NCBI GenBank assembly: GCA_965112735.1
Contig: OZ218959.1
Location: forward strand, 2,108,001 to 2,172,000
DNA length: 64,000 bases
Source of the DNA: Phaeosaccion multiseriatum
Lineage: Eukaryota; Protista; Ochrophyta, other classes
Direction of reading: 5' to 3'
In this document: in pieces, positions 1-44,037 of the stretch
Layout of the letters: each line of letters starts with the position of its first letter
How positions within the stretch are numbered: position 1 is the first letter of the stretch
The notes under the pieces: model-generated
Seen by the model: only the letters and a program-made list of their open reading frames with translations
Told to the model about the DNA's origin: nothing
Databases searched by the model: none
Position numbers and translations under genes: made by a program

Positions 1-11
1 TGCTGACCGTT

Positions 12-30564
<30,553 letters not shown>

Positions 30565-30597
30565 TTTGATTTCGGAGTGGTGTGGGTGTGCATGGCA

Positions 30598-30685
30598 GGT
30601 GAGGCAGTGAGGCAGGTAGTAGTAGTGTGAGGCAGTAGCAGTGTGAGGCAGTGAGGCAGGTAGTCAGTAGTGTGAGGCAGTGAGG
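30598..30685. repeat. GTGAGGCAG-type short tandem repeat in the 3' UTR region
   Basis: About six imperfect copies just after the stop codon of the giant gene. Confidence 0.7.
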
Positions 30686-31143
30686 GGAGGGAAAGAGTTG
30701 GCTTGTTCGATAGATAGAGGGGAAGAAGGCGTTGGGGGATGAATGTGTATGTGTATATAATAAATGCTTTCAATTAACATCTCTCGAAAAGTACTTCGTC
30801 GTCGCTCGAGTTGCAGTTTCAGTTTCAGTTTCATTAGACCCCCCCAATCAATGACTCGCCCGAAAAGGGGCGGGCGGTTAATGGGTTTATACGTCGTGGC
30901 TAGCCAACCCCGAGGGACCATCCGCTAGTTTCAGTTTGACGAACTAAAGGGGAATGAATGGGTGATTGATATTGGGTTAATGGGGTCGAGGTTCCGAGGT
31001 CGACTTTGAGGTCGATGTCGACATTATTATTCACTGACTTCAATATCTGTGAATACTCTTCGCCAACTTTCCCACCGCCGTGATCTTCTCTCTCCTCAAT
31101 AAAGAAGGCACCATCCCAGAAGCAGCAGTAGAGAGGAAACACA

Positions 31144-32439
31144 ATGACTTCGCCCTCTCCTCCAACGCCACTTCCAACATGGAAAACGTTCACCATTGCA
31201 GGGATGAGCGGCGTGTCATCCTGGCTCTTTGTGCACCCGGCAGACGTGGTCAAGGTGGGGGAAGAATGGGGACACTTATGCAGCCTGCTGCCACTCTTTT
31301 TTTGCCTCGTATTCCTTGTGGAGATATTGCTGCCGGCTGGGGCTGCTGATCCTGCTCTGCGTGGAAGCTTTTAATTAAAGTATCCGTTTCTTCCTTCTCC
31401 ACCTTCCTCTCTCTTACTTTTGTGCTGTGACTGAGTAGGTGAGGATGCAGCTCATGGGCGCCAGCGCGGGTGGCCCAGTGAGTCCCGTAGACGCAGCCAA
31501 GGCGGTCATCAGCAAGGAGGGCTTTGCAGGTAAGAGAGCATCCTCGTGCCTTAGTCTTTTGTTTTTTTATATAAAAAAAGGCATCCCTCCTTCCTCCAGA
31601 GGCATCAGTCCTGACTTTTTACTTAGTCGTCTAGTTGGTCCATTGTGAACTCGTGCATCAGTCCTGATGCACGAGCTCCAAGCTCGAACGAAGTAGGTCC
31701 AATGTGAACCTGTCTCGTGCTCAAAGTCCCAAAGAGAGAACAAGAGGAGAGAGGGACTATACGAGCAGGACCGAAGGAGGGCCTCTCTCGCTGTGACCCC
31801 CCCAGCGTCTCACCTTCCCGATCCCACGCACATACAGCCTTCGACTTCGGGACGCCGAGATGCACACACACGCACACCAACCAGATGAATTACAGTATGT
31901 TCTGTGCCCTCTGCCCCCCCTTCCCCGCCCTCCCTCTGCAGGACTGTACAAGGGCCTGTCTGCAGGGGTGACTCGCCAAGCCGTGTACACGACTCTGCGT
32001 TTGGGCATCTTCGACGAGCTCAAGGAGATCACAGGAAGGAAGGCAGGGTAAGTGGTGGGATGGATGGGTGGGGGTGAGGATGGGTGTGTGTAGGTGGGTG
32101 GGATGAGTGGGTGTGCGGGTGGGTGGGTGGGTGGAGTGGGTGGATGGGCGGGGGGGTGGGGTGGGGTGGGGTGGGTGGGTTGGGTGGATGGGTGGGTGGG
32201 TTGGGTGGATGGGTGGGTAGCCGGTCAGTCGACGTACGACTACGACCATTCAAAGGGTGCGAGGGGGAGGCGGATACCGAGGGTAGAGTTGAGTTGGTTT
32301 GAGGGAGGGACAGAGGCCTTCCTCTGCTGAGTTGGTTTGAGGGAGGGACAGAGGCCTTCCTCTGCCCTCTCATCTCCTTCCGTATTTGAAGGAATGTCCG
32401 GGTCGCTCATCTCCTGTCGCTATGCCCCCGCCTCTCTCT

Positions 32440-32480
<41 letters not shown>

Positions 32481-33585
32481 ATAGTGAGGTGACTGTTGCG
32501 CACCGTGCTGCCATGGGATTGACAGCAGGAGGAGTAGCTGCGTTCTTGAGCAACCCCATTGAGGTAAGTGCGTGTGACTCACTCACTCACTCACTCACTC
32601 ACTCACTCACTCACTCACGTAGTCACTCACTTACCCAAATTGCATATGAATCGAAAGGCGTGTCCTCTTCTTCTCTTTGTATTGAAGTCGCACGCACACA
32701 CACACACACACACCTACACACATCCTCCCTCAAACACGCCTGACACACGCACACACGCACCCCCCACGCGTGCGCACGCCCACACACGCATACACTGGCT
32801 TGTGTTGGCCTGCACAGGTTTGCCTGGTGCGCATGCAGGGAGACGGCCTGCTTCCCAAGGCGCAGCGCAGGAACTACAAGGGCATCTTAGATGCGCTGCT
32901 GCGGGTGGGCAAGGAGGAGGGTGTACGGGGCTTCTGGACGGGCGCGTCCCCCACAGGTGAGGCCAAGCAGACAGTAGGGTGGAGACAAAAAGAGAGGATA
33001 GAGGCGAGCGGCGGCAAGATGGTTGAGCGCTGGAAGGAGAGGGCAAAGAAGGTTGAGAGGATAGGCAGCAACGTAGGAAGGAGAGGCGGCACAGTAGGGG
33101 GGAGGGCTTGGAGAGTACACGCAGAGGAGAGGCAGCACAGGGCGTCCGTTTGGCTCCTGTGCCCTTGCCCGAGCTGTGCGTATTCATGTGTTATGGTAGA
33201 GGCAAGCCGCGCGACCCTTCATGTTTGGCTTTGGGGTGTGCCCCTTGGCGTCATGCCGTGGTGATGATGACATGCCTGACATGGGGACGTGAGGCATGAC
33301 CCATATGCCAAGCACCCCAATTTGGGCACCTCAACCACCCCAATGAGGATAAGCGAGAGTGCGGTTGAGAGCGACAGAGCGACAGAGCGAGGGGAGAGCG
33401 AGGGTGGGGTGTTCTTCAAAAGGAGGCATTGGAGTGGTGGGGTTGAGAGGGAGTGGCGCGGTATGAGGGAGGATCCACCCCAAGCGCCCCAAGCGCCCCA
33501 GGCATCTGAAGCTCGAAAGACTTGCTTGGTTGCTTCCCACACGTCTCCGACTCATCACTGCACGAGACAGGGCGAGGGAGGAGAC

Positions 33586-33658
<73 letters not shown>

Positions 33659-34108
33659 CGACGTGCGTCGAGCAGAGACGCAGAGCGCTTCTTCCTCTCT
33701 CTCTCTTTCTCTTTATCCCTCCCCTCTCTCTCTCTCTCTCTTTCTCCTTCTCACTCACTCCTTCCTTCCTTCCTTCCTTTCCCTTCCTTTGGGCTCTTCC
33801 CTCTCCGCTTGTCCATCCATCCCCAGTGGCGAGGGCCATGGTTGTGTCCATGACTCAGCTCGGCACATACGACCAGGTAAGGGGTAAGGGGTAAGGGGTA
33901 ACGGGTAATGGGTAACGGGTAACGGGTAACGGGTAACGGGTCGGAGGTACGGGGTGAGGGCGAAGGGGAAAGGGAAAGGGAAAGGCGATGTGTCACTTTC
34001 CCTCCCACTCTTGACACCTTCTACTGCTGCTGACACCGACTCCCTGTACCGAGGCTGACTGCCAAGCATGGAACTGAAACACTGCCACTCTGGAACTATG
34101 GAACTCTG

Positions 34109-34139
<31 letters not shown>

Positions 34140-35226
34140 CCTTCCTCTCTCTCTCTCTCCTCCCTTGCCCTTGTGGCGACACGGACGCAGGCGAAGGAAA
34201 TGATCGTGCCGGTACTTGGAGACAATACCGCTTCGCACCTGTCCTCGGCCGTGTGTGCGGCGGTGGTGTACAGCTTGTCGTCCCTGCCCCTGGATACGGC
34301 CAAGACGCGCATTCAAGGGCAGAAAGGAGGAGACACCAAGTACACGGGTCTGGTGCAGGTGAGTGAGTGAGTGAAGGAGTGGGTGAGTGAGAGAGTGAGT
34401 GAGGGAGGGAGGGAGGGAGGGAGGGAGGGAGGGGGGGAGTGAGTGTGTGTGTGAGTGAGTGAGTGAGTGTGTGAGTGAGGGAGGGAAGGAGAGGAGGGAG
34501 GGAGGGACGGAGGACGGGGGAGGAAGGGAGTGAGCGAGTGACTTCATCGTCTGTACTTTCTTCATCCCGACAGTCATTCCTATCTCCCTATCACGACTCT
34601 CTCCATCCACTGCCATCCCTCTCATCGCATGGTGCATTTGGTGCTCTGATTGTAACCTCTCTCTGTGGCTCCCTCCTTCGCTCTCGCTATCCCTCTCCCC
34701 TCTCTCTCTCTCCCTCTCTCTCTCCCCTCTCCTTCGCTCTCCCTATCTCTCTCCCTCTCTCTCCCACCGGCCCCTTCCCCCCTCTCTCTTCCCCTTACCT
34801 CTCTCACTCCCCCTCTCCCTTCCCCCCTCTTCTCTCCCTGTGTGTGTGCGTCTCTCTCTCCCTCCCTCCTCTCTCTCGCTCTGTGCAGACTGTGGGGAAG
34901 ATCGCGGCTGAGGAGGGGCCTAGGAGTTTGTGGAAGGGCTTCACTCCGTACTTCGCCCGCTGCGGAGGACACACCATCTTCATGTTCATGTAAGTTTGAG
35001 TGGCAGTAGGATGACCTGGTTATGTGAGTGGCAGTGGAATGGCCGGATGGTATTTCGTGTGCATTATCCGTACATCAGCCCTAACTACTCTTCCTCCCCC
35101 CTTCCCCTCTTGGTCGTGACGACAAACCGGAAACCTGCCTTTCCTCCCATTCACTGCCATCTTCTTGCTGCTGTTGCTGCACGCAGGTTCAAGGAGCTGT
35201 ACACGAGGCTCGCGCGGCGCGAATGA
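31144..35226 (+). CDS. Mitochondrial carrier (SLC25), 2-oxoglutarate/malate (OGC/DTC)-like, ~294 aa
   Basis: Exons 31144-31254, 31439-31529, 31942-32047, 32485-32563, 32818-32956, 33827-33876, 34191-34358, 34889-34989, 35187-35226 (885 nt). Three carrier signatures: HPADVVKVRMQ, NPIEVCLVRMQ, LPLDTAKTRIQ. OGC-like segments GLYKGLSAGVTRQAVYTTLRLG, DGLLPKAQRRNYKG, PTVARAMVV, WKGFTPYFAR. Confidence 0.92.
32290..32364. repeat. 38-bp tandem duplication, intronic
   Basis: TGAGTTGGTTTGAGGGAGGGACAGAGGCCTTCCTCTGC occurs twice. Confidence 0.85.
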
Positions 35227-36449
35227 AACGGTCTTGTGGCCTCTTAACCCCTTGCAGAGGGCAGAGGAGGAGCCCAGCAGTCGGTCAAGGGCCCTACATT
35301 CCGTAAGGCTTGCCGCCGAAGACGTACGTACGCAACTTGCTGAGAGGAGATGAAACGTACAGCCAGCGCAGACGGACGGAAGGACGGACGGACATTCGCA
35401 ATCGTGGGGGCGAGGCTGGTGTGTGTGGGTGTGTTTCCTCACTCCCCAAAAGTGTGTTCTTTTCTTCTTTTTGGGTGGCCGTCCTCGCCGTCTTTCCGCC
35501 GCGCTAACGGCAAGCCTGTTGTGCCCTCTCGGGAGGAGGGAGAGGAGAGGAGAGGAGGGGAGAGGAGCGCAGCGGAGGGGAGAGACGCGCCTCTCACCAT
35601 TCCAGGCTAAGGGAGGAAGACACAGCTTATCATCGACGTGTGGCACTGGGCACCTTTGGGAGCTGCCCTGCCCCCCCCGTGTGTGGGTGAGAAGAGACAG
35701 AGAGAAGAGAGAGGGAGAGGCGGGCGGAAGGGGGGTGGGGGGAGGGGGGGAGCGGGGAAGACCGGAGAGAGAGAGAGAAAGAGAGAGAGGCAGGTATGCG
35801 TTGGCTTGCACAGCGCAGCAAGTGAGGGCGATGAGGGGCCCTTCTTGCAGATGAGCACTATTCTTCCGCAGCTTCTTTTGTAACGGCGACGGAAGGAGGG
35901 GTGGGGCCCGTGCCGCTTGGGCCTTTCCCTCTCATTATTTGGGGGCAGTGGGGTGCGTTATGAATTCAATGGGGCAGCATGCTGCCACTGAGCTGAGCCT
36001 GTCGAGCGAGACTACCGTGTGCTTGCCATGTGAGGGAAAGTCGAGGGCAGTGCTTGCCTCACAACGGGGGCATACTCTGTACGCTTTATTCAAGGATCGG
36101 TCCTTAGCCGCTTGACAGACTTCACTAGGGTACACACACGGTGAACAATGAAAGTGTTATTTGCTCTTTCTTTCCCACAGTATTCCATCCTCAATGTTGC
36201 TGATGGGAGGTCCTTTTCACCTCCTCAATAACAATAACTACAGTAGCGGTACATTAAAAAAATAAAGACACATGACGCGCACCGCCTCGCCTGCCCCCAC
36301 CCATCGAGGCCAAGGACGTCCGCTGAAGGGCAGCAATGGCAGCGCCTCAGGGGCCGGGCGGCGGAAGCGGGGGCAGTCGAAGGCCCCGCTTGGCCTCGCC
36401 TTGGTCGGGCCGGGCGAGAATGAGCTTGTGTCTCGGCTTTGGTCTCACG

Positions 36450-37388
36450 TTACTTATCCTCCTCGTCCTTGTAGAGCTTTGCAATGTTGAAAGCCGCCGC
36501 CACGCCCAGCACAACCCTGACCAGCGAAGGGGGGGGAGGCGAGGAGGGAGTCAGAGTGGGCAGAAGCTCGGCTTAAATATACGGTAAAAGTGACTCTGAC
36601 TCTCCTCTCACCTCACACCGCTCAGTATGTTGGAGATGGCCGTGTCGAGACCACGGAACTTGTCATTCCGGTTGACCGTCTGGACGGCAGCCTCTTTGGC
36701 CACACAACTTGACAGCACGAGCTGCGAGAGGCCCACGAGGAGGAAGAGTTAAAAGACGCGTGAGAGACAGTTGTGATGACATTTCGAATGGTCTTTCTTA
36801 CAATGTTTGCGGCTTTGATGCTCTTGTCGCTCCCCTCCAGAGAGAGCGCAGCCAGGCAGGCAGCGGAGAAGATGGCATGGATGCCCGTAAACACGCTACA
36901 GTCCGAAAGCGGGGGCGGGGGGAGGTGGGGGGGGGTGGGGAAAGTCAGCGAGTGTGAAGTGGTGCAGTGGTGCAGCTGCCTCCTCATTCATCATACATTA
37001 CTGTACCTGAATGTCTTCTGATCGGCGGTTGCGGCCGCGTCATCGCCCTCCCAGTACTTGGCGGCGTCCTCCGAGTTCAGAAGCATCTGAGAGAGGGCTC
37101 TGTGAGCGTGGAGCAACAAAAAAACAGCAACGAAACAAAACGTGCACTCACGTCCAGGCCGACCACAACAGCGGGAAGAGCCGCAACGACGGGGGTGACC
37201 CTCTGGAAGTCCCACTTGTCGTCGTCGTCGTCTTTGGTATCTGCAGCAGCCCCGCCACGCAAAGTGATCCACGCAGAAGTGGGGGGGGCAAGCGCGAGTG
37301 CTCGACTGGGCAAGGGCGCGAGGCCAGCAGCGGCAGTTCCTGCTGCTCCTAGAGAGAGGAGGAGGACGGGCATCGAGCACATCTTCAT
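36450..37388 (-). CDS. Uncharacterised small membrane protein with signal peptide, tandem paralog A (~195 aa)
   Basis: Exons 37388-37152, 37086-37007, 36895-36802, 36721-36612, 36516-36450 (588 nt, GT-AG). Aligns end to end with paralog B (W.TLRGGAA, KW.FQR.TPVVAALP, FSAACLAAL.LEGSDKSIKAAN, TVNR.DKFR.LD). Confidence 0.85.
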
Positions 37389-37754
37389 CTTTCTGCGCGG
37401 CAGAGGGGTTTGGGGGGGTGTTGAACGAGAGGGCGGGTTTAAGCAGCAAGAGCGAAAAAAAAGGGTTCGCGCCCTTGCAGATGACGACGGCGGCCCACCA
37501 ACGTGATACGCTTCAACCATCACCCTTCTGATGTCCCCTTCTTTTTTCCAGGGGGCCTTCATTGCTCTCTCCCGCGACGCTTGCTAGTTACACACAGGTT
37601 GATAGTGTGATTGAATTTGTATATTTTACTCTCTGCTTTTTGTTCAGTTTGCAATGATGTAATTGATCTGCCTCTACTTAATTTAAAATGGGGAAACAAT
37701 GATGTACATTTGCGCTGGTGCTTTTGTGGGTTCAAGCTGCTGCCAGCTGTTGGC

Positions 37755-38581
37755 TCAGTCCTCCTCCTCGTCGTAGAGCTTGACCAGGTTAACAGCCGCC
37801 GCCACCCCAAGTACGACCCTCAGGCCAGTCATGATGTTGGAGAACGCGCTATCCAGTGCGCGAAATTTGTCACCGCGGTTGACGGTCTCGGCGACGGCTT
37901 GTTCCGCAACACATCCACTGACAACAAGCTGAGGAGACAAATCGAGGGGGCGCAGGGGCATTTAGGAGCATGCCCATGGCAGAGAGGTGTTGCATAAAAG
38001 GAAGACACTAACCCAGTTCGCCGCCTTGATGCTCTTGTCACTGCCCTCCAGAGTGAGAGCGGCGAGGCAGGCCGCCGAAAAGAGGCCCTGAATGCCCATA
38101 AAGACGCTGGAATTTGGGGGGGGGGAGGGGGGGGTGACATGGGGTATTTTCGGCTCTGCCTCGCTCGTCACTCAGAAAGGTTACCTGAAGGTTTTCTCTT
38201 CCCCCGTGGGGACGGCATCGCTGTCGCCCTCCCAGTACCTCGAAACATTCTCTGAGTTAAGCAGGAGCTGAGGAGGAGGGATAGAGTGAGCTTCGTGAGA
38301 GCCGAGCGGAGAGGGCAATAAGGAAGGGAACAAGAAATTGTCTTACGTACGTCCAGGCCGAGCACAACCCCCGGAAGAGCCGCAACGACGGGCGTGGCCC
38401 TCTGGAAGCTCCACTTGTCGTCGTCGTCGTCGTCTTTGGTATCTGCAGCACCGCCACGCAGAGTCACCCACGAGGGAGGGGCAGCAGCGACAACAAGGGC
38501 TCTTTTGGTTGGCATGAACCCGGCGGCGGTCCCGGCGGTAGCGGCGGAGAGGAGGAGAACGAGCAGGGAGCAAGTCTTCAT
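37755..38581 (-). CDS. Uncharacterised small membrane protein with signal peptide, tandem paralog B (~193 aa)
   Basis: Exons 38581-38351, 38267-38185, 38106-38013, 37928-37755 (582 nt). Shares the first three intron positions with paralog A. N-terminus MKTCSLLVLLLSAATAGTAAGF; three to four hydrophobic segments. Confidence 0.85.
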
Positions 38582-39350
38582 AATGTCGATGGTGGTTTTC
38601 TCGTCTGCGCAGGACGGCGGGGGGGCGGGGGTGGGTTGGGCGCTATGCTTCTATACTTCAAGGCAACGCAAAAGTTCCTTTTGGCTCTTCGCACGCCACT
38701 CTCCGCTCGGGGACAGGCAGACAGCTTGTTTAGCTCCGGTCGAGTAAGGGGAGGAGGTAGGTGGAGCAAGAGGAAGGGGTGGAAGAAAGCGAAGTGGGGA
38801 GATGGGACAGGCTTCGGGCTTCGACCCGCTCTTTCCAGTCGGCGGCGAGGATAAAATAAACTTGCCCGCTCAGGCGCGGCTGAGGAAGATCAGGAGATTG
38901 GAGAGAGGAAGAGACACAGGAGGGGGAGGGCGAAGACTTACTGTATCTTCCTTACCTTTGTTACTCTGGCCTTTGTGTCGGGAGAAAAAATGAAATCGGT
39001 GGGCTTGACACAAAAACAAAAAGGCATGTCCGGTTTCCGGGTCGACCCTTCGTGCCATCTGCCTCCCCTGCTAAATCATCATCCCCACACCTCCCAAAAT
39101 CAAATCAGAGAGAGTGGAGGAGCGGCGGAGGCAGGAGGCCAATATGGCTGGTGAGTAATGGAGTCCTGGACAAGGCCCTTCATCCTGCTGCTGCTGCTGG
39201 TGTGGAGCGGGGCCGCTGTGAAGCAAAAGCATCCCCCCTACCTCCGTTTCGCGGGTTGGTTGGTGGGCGAGGGCAAACCCCTGCATCCCGGCTGCAGCGC
39301 TGCCGGTGCTGAGGGCAGGCGGGCCCGTTCCGAATGTACCTTGGTTTTCA

Positions 39351-40870
39351 ATGGCCGGTGATGGTGACGAACTCTCGACGCTCTCGGGGGCATTGGAATA
39401 TCCCGTCTTTCCTTCCTCACGGTGTGAAGGAGGTGGTGACAAGGGCGACGTTATGGGCCGGCCTGCCTTGGCTCGAGATCTGAGCTCAATCAGCACGTGG
39501 TCCTTTACTGTCCTCCCTCCTGCCTCCTCCCTCCTCCTTCTGCTGCTTGTTCCGCGACTTACAGAATTTGATTTTGATGACCGAGCCATGGATGCGTGGA
39601 AGAATCTCAGTAGCGGCGATGGACCACCCGTGGATGGAACAGACGGGTGGGACGATGGTAATAGCGGCGACTTCTTCGCCCCGGGTGGCGAGGGCGAGGC
39701 CGAATTCAATAGGTGAGCAGCAGTCGTGGCTCAAGTGCAGTGCCTGGCAGTGACGAGTTCGTTGCCAGTCGACTCTCTCCTCTCATTACACTGACGAGTT
39801 AGTTGGTCGATGACTCTCCTCTCACCACTCGTCACCTCCCCCGACTTCTCCTGCCCCACACACGCAGTCTGATGGACAGCCTCAAAAACGACTCCCTGGG
39901 GGTAGCGGATGCAGCCGGGGGGGCAGTGAACGAGGTAGCAGCAGCCGCAGCGGTAGACTCCCTGTACGGTACAAGCTCCTTTGGGGTAGATACGCTGCCG
40001 GCTTTCTTCCAAGGCGGAGGCGAGGGGGGGGCGGCAGGCGACCAAGACGACACCCTGGCGGGGGGATTGAGCAGGCTCAGTGTAGCGGGAGGGGGGGGGA
40101 GGGGCGGGCAAGTGGAGGCAGAGTTGGAGGACGAGTGGAGTGTCATGCAGTCGAGGTATGAGAGCATGACAAAGGACTTTAATCTTAATAGGCGGCAATC
40201 CGGCGGCGGGGAGGGCGCGGCAGTGATCGACGCGCTTGACACTTTCGAGGCGGGAGAGCATGTGGTGAGAGTCATTTTGAAGGGCATCACTCACTCAATC
40301 AGTGACTGTGTCACTCACTGTATCACTCACTCACTCACTCACTCACTCACTTTGTCACTCAGTTGTGCCACTCACTCAACTCACTCCCTGTCTCACTCAC
40401 TCACTCACTCGCGGGCTGTGCATCTCACTCCCTATCTCACATATATTACTCACCCACACACACACACTCACTCACTCACTCACTCACTCGTGTCTTCTGA
40501 CTCTTCGTCTACCCGTCACCCCCCCCCCCTTACCCCCCTTCATGTTCTTCCTCTTGCTTCAACCCGTTGTCATCTCACCACCGCACACAACGTCGCACCA
40601 TCCCTTACCCGTACACCCGTACATACAACCCTCGCCCGTGCTGACTGCTCTGACGCCCCACAGGGCTTTAGTGTCCTGGCAGAGCTTGATGCAGGGGATG
40701 ATCCTCTCACCACAGCAGGCACAGCACCACCCCAGCCACCACCACAGCCATCAGCAGGAGGGAGAAGGGACGTGTGCTTAGAAGACCTCGAGGCGGAAGG
40801 GGAGCTACCGCCACCGCCGCCGCCGCCGCCGTCTCGTGACTCTTCTTTGCACCAGCAGCAGCAGCAGCAG

Positions 40871-40911
<41 letters not shown>

Positions 40912-40934
40912 ACAGCAACAGCAACAACAACAGC

Positions 40935-40965
<31 letters not shown>

Positions 40966-41688
40966 TCAACAACAGCAACAACAACAACAACATCAACAAC
41001 CCCAGCAGGGACAGCAGCAGCAGGGACAGCAGCAGCAGCTCACGCGGGATGGTGTACCCCCGCCTCCTTCGCCTCAGATGCCTCCGCGTGGGATGCCGCA
41101 GCAGCAGCAGCAGGGAATGCCCCAGGGAATGCCGGGGCCACAGGGAATGCCGCCGGGCATGATGCTGCCCAGAGGGATGCCGGTGAGCGAGGGAATGAGT
41201 GAGGGACAAGAGCCAGTGAAGGGTGAGGGGGGTCGAAGGGAAGGGACGCTCGCCTCCCTCAACGGACTGTAGTACAGTGAAAACGTGGGTGTGTCTCTCT
41301 GTGTGTGTGTGTGTGTGTGTGTGTGGGTATGTGTGTCCAAAGTCAGTCGCTCATGTTGCCACCCTAACCCTTTTTCCTACGGCACACGCACTCTTCTGTC
41401 CTCTCTTTTGCTGCTCTCGGTGCTTTGCTTGGATGTATCTCTTGCTCCTCTCTTCAGATGCCTCCACCCCACATGATAATGGGCAGAGGCCCCCCCTTAC
41501 CGCCAGGGATGATGATGGGCCCCCGGGGGCCCATGTTCAGCCCCCAGCACCCTGGGGGAAACATGATGCCCCCCGGGAGTGGCATGATGGGCCCCCCGCG
41601 TGGAGGTCCTCCCGGTCCCATGGGCCCCCCTGGACAGGGTATGCCCTTCGGCCCGCGCGGGGCGTTGCCCTTCCCTCCTCAACACCAG

Positions 41689-41723
<35 letters not shown>

Positions 41724-43687
41724 CCCTGGTCAGCCTCACCCAGCGCATCACCCACAGCACCAGCAGCAGCATCAGCACCAGCCTCCGCCGCAGACGTACG
41801 CCATCCCTGGCGGGTCAATGATGAGTGCGAGTGACGTCAAGTACGTACGCAATAGCCAGATGCGCTCTTTGCAGACGTCCGATCCTTACAATGACGACTT
41901 TTACTTCCACAACCACTTACGCAAGACGTGGGAGGCGGAGAGGCAAGAGGCGGCCAAGGCTGTCGCTGCGGCAGGAGCTCCGGTGAGTGAGTGAGAGAGG
42001 GAGTGCGTGTGTGTGTGTGTGTGAAAGTGTGTGAGTGAGTGAGTGAGTGAGTGAGTGAGTGAGTGAGTGGAGGGTACGGTTATGGTGCTCCCGTGAGTGA
42101 GTGAGTCAGTGAGTGAGTGAGTGAGGGAGGGAGGGAGGGAGTGCGTCAGTGAGTGAGTGAGTGGAGGGTAGGGGAGGGTAGGGTAGGGTAGGCTTGTGGT
42201 GCTCTGGTGAGTGAGTGAGTGAGTGGAGGGTAGGGTACCTGAGGAACCCTGTTTCCATTCAACAAACGCCTTCTCACTTTCCTCCCCTTTACCCTCTTCC
42301 TCCCTCCCTCCCTCCCTCCCTCTCTCCCTCCACACGCCCCTTGCTCCCTCCCTCCCTCCCCCTCTCTCCACGGCTGCACCCCCCTCCCTCCCCAAGATCC
42401 CACCCGTGCTCACCGGCCAACACGAGGGTCCCATTGTGCTCCCGGTATGGCAAGAAACCAAGCACCTCGCCAAGAAGGAGGACGAGAAGCGCAAGCTCGA
42501 AACCGACAAGCGCATCAAGGACTGGGAGAGTGAGAATCGAGTATTGGGGCACAATGCCAAGGCCAATGTGCATCGGCCGAGAGCTCTTCTGTCGCTGGGG
42601 GGAGGCGGCCCCGAGAGGGAAGCAGCACGGGAGGTGAGGGAGAGATGAGATGGCAAGGGGCGGGGGGGAGGTTGGGTGGAGGCGAACCGGCAAGGGGGAG
42701 AGGGGTGGTGGAAACGTATGGGCAGGGGCCCCAGGGGGGAGGGGGGGGGGAGGTGGCAGCATAAGCCAGTAGTGTTGTGTGAGATAAAGGGGGGCGGAAG
42801 TGGAGAATGGGGCTTAACTCACCCACCCCGTCTTGCCCTTCTCTCTCTCTCTCTCTCTCTCTTGGCAGGACGCGGGACAAGCGGCCAGGAGTGGCAAGCC
42901 CTTTGAAAGCTCGCTGTGGAAAGCGCGGATTGCGGTCAAGGCCGCCAACGACGCCCTTTTACAAGTGTCTGAAATCAAGCACCTGCTAGACCTCCCCGGT
43001 CTGCCCCCCACCCAAAGGCAGCAGCTCGTGGAACAGCTCCGAGACAACATTGCGGCTCTGGGCAGTGCTTGCGGTCTGCCTGACGTGGCCTCTGCTGTAA
43101 TGGTCACTTCCTCTTCCGGGGACAAGAAGGTGGATGTGGCAGAGCTGGAGTCTCGACTGCAGTTGCCTCTCCTGGCCAGTCTGTTGGAGATGACCAAGGG
43201 GCAGAAGCTCATTGCGAGGTGTCTCACTATGCTGCCTCCGGACCAGCGGTGGGCGCTCATGCCCAGCGTGCTCGCCCTCGTGCTGGCTCGACCCCCCCCG
43301 GCAAACCTTAAGAGCGCACCGAGTCTGCAGCACAAGGCCGACGCGATTGCCGCCGAGGAAAAGCTGATGAAGAAGCTGCTTGTGCTGCTCTCTTCTGCTC
43401 GCTCTCCGCCACCCCTCTTCATCCTGCAGCGGACGCTCGAGTTGGTGATGAGTGCCCATCGGGGACGGGGCAGTAGTATGAGTGGAGCCTTGGCCAACCG
43501 AGCAAGGGCACAGGTGCTGCAAACCGTGTTGCGGGTTGGGGGTGAGCTCAATGAGAAGGCAGACGAGGAAGCGGCAGGGGGGAGCAAGGAGAAGGGAGGG
43601 GGGGAAGGAGAGGGCTCGTCGGAGTGGATCAAGCTCGAGGAGGAATTCATGAGGCTCGTGTCTCAAAGTAGCAAAGCCCAGGCTTAG
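39351..43687 (+). CDS. PAT1: PAT1/PATL1-like mRNA decapping activator (~950 aa; N-terminus uncertain)
   Basis: Exons 39351-39712, 39868-40264, 40664-41182, 41458-41982, 42397-42633, 42869-43687 (2,859 nt). Acidic N-terminus with EFDFDD, Pro/Gln/Met-rich region, Mid-domain signature MMSASDVKYVRNSQMRSLQTSDPYNDDFYFHN and LGH..K..V..PRALL, helical C-terminal domain. An alternative ATG (39588) or a small intron ending at 39564 is possible. Confidence 0.85.
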
Positions 43688-44037
43688 AAGGAATTTGGCG
43701 GAATTGGCGTTGGCTTGGTTTTGGGTGTGTCGAGGTAGTGGAGCTCAGACTGAGTTAATAGCTAGGAGGAGCTTTGGGGGGGTCCGAGGAGGGGCACCAG
43801 CACCGTAGTGAGGAAGGGTTGAATTCTTTCCTCGCATCTCCCCAATAGTGAGCATACCCCGATACCACATCTGCATATCTCCTCTACGATGACAGGGACA
43901 TGCTCTCTCTTTTGTTTGTACCTACTGAGAGATGCGTTCTCAAGGAAGTGACGGCCGTAACCGTACTCGTACATCGATATTGACCTCCATATTGTACGCC
44001 GATATAGTGCTCAGTCACAAATGTCGATATCCATCAA

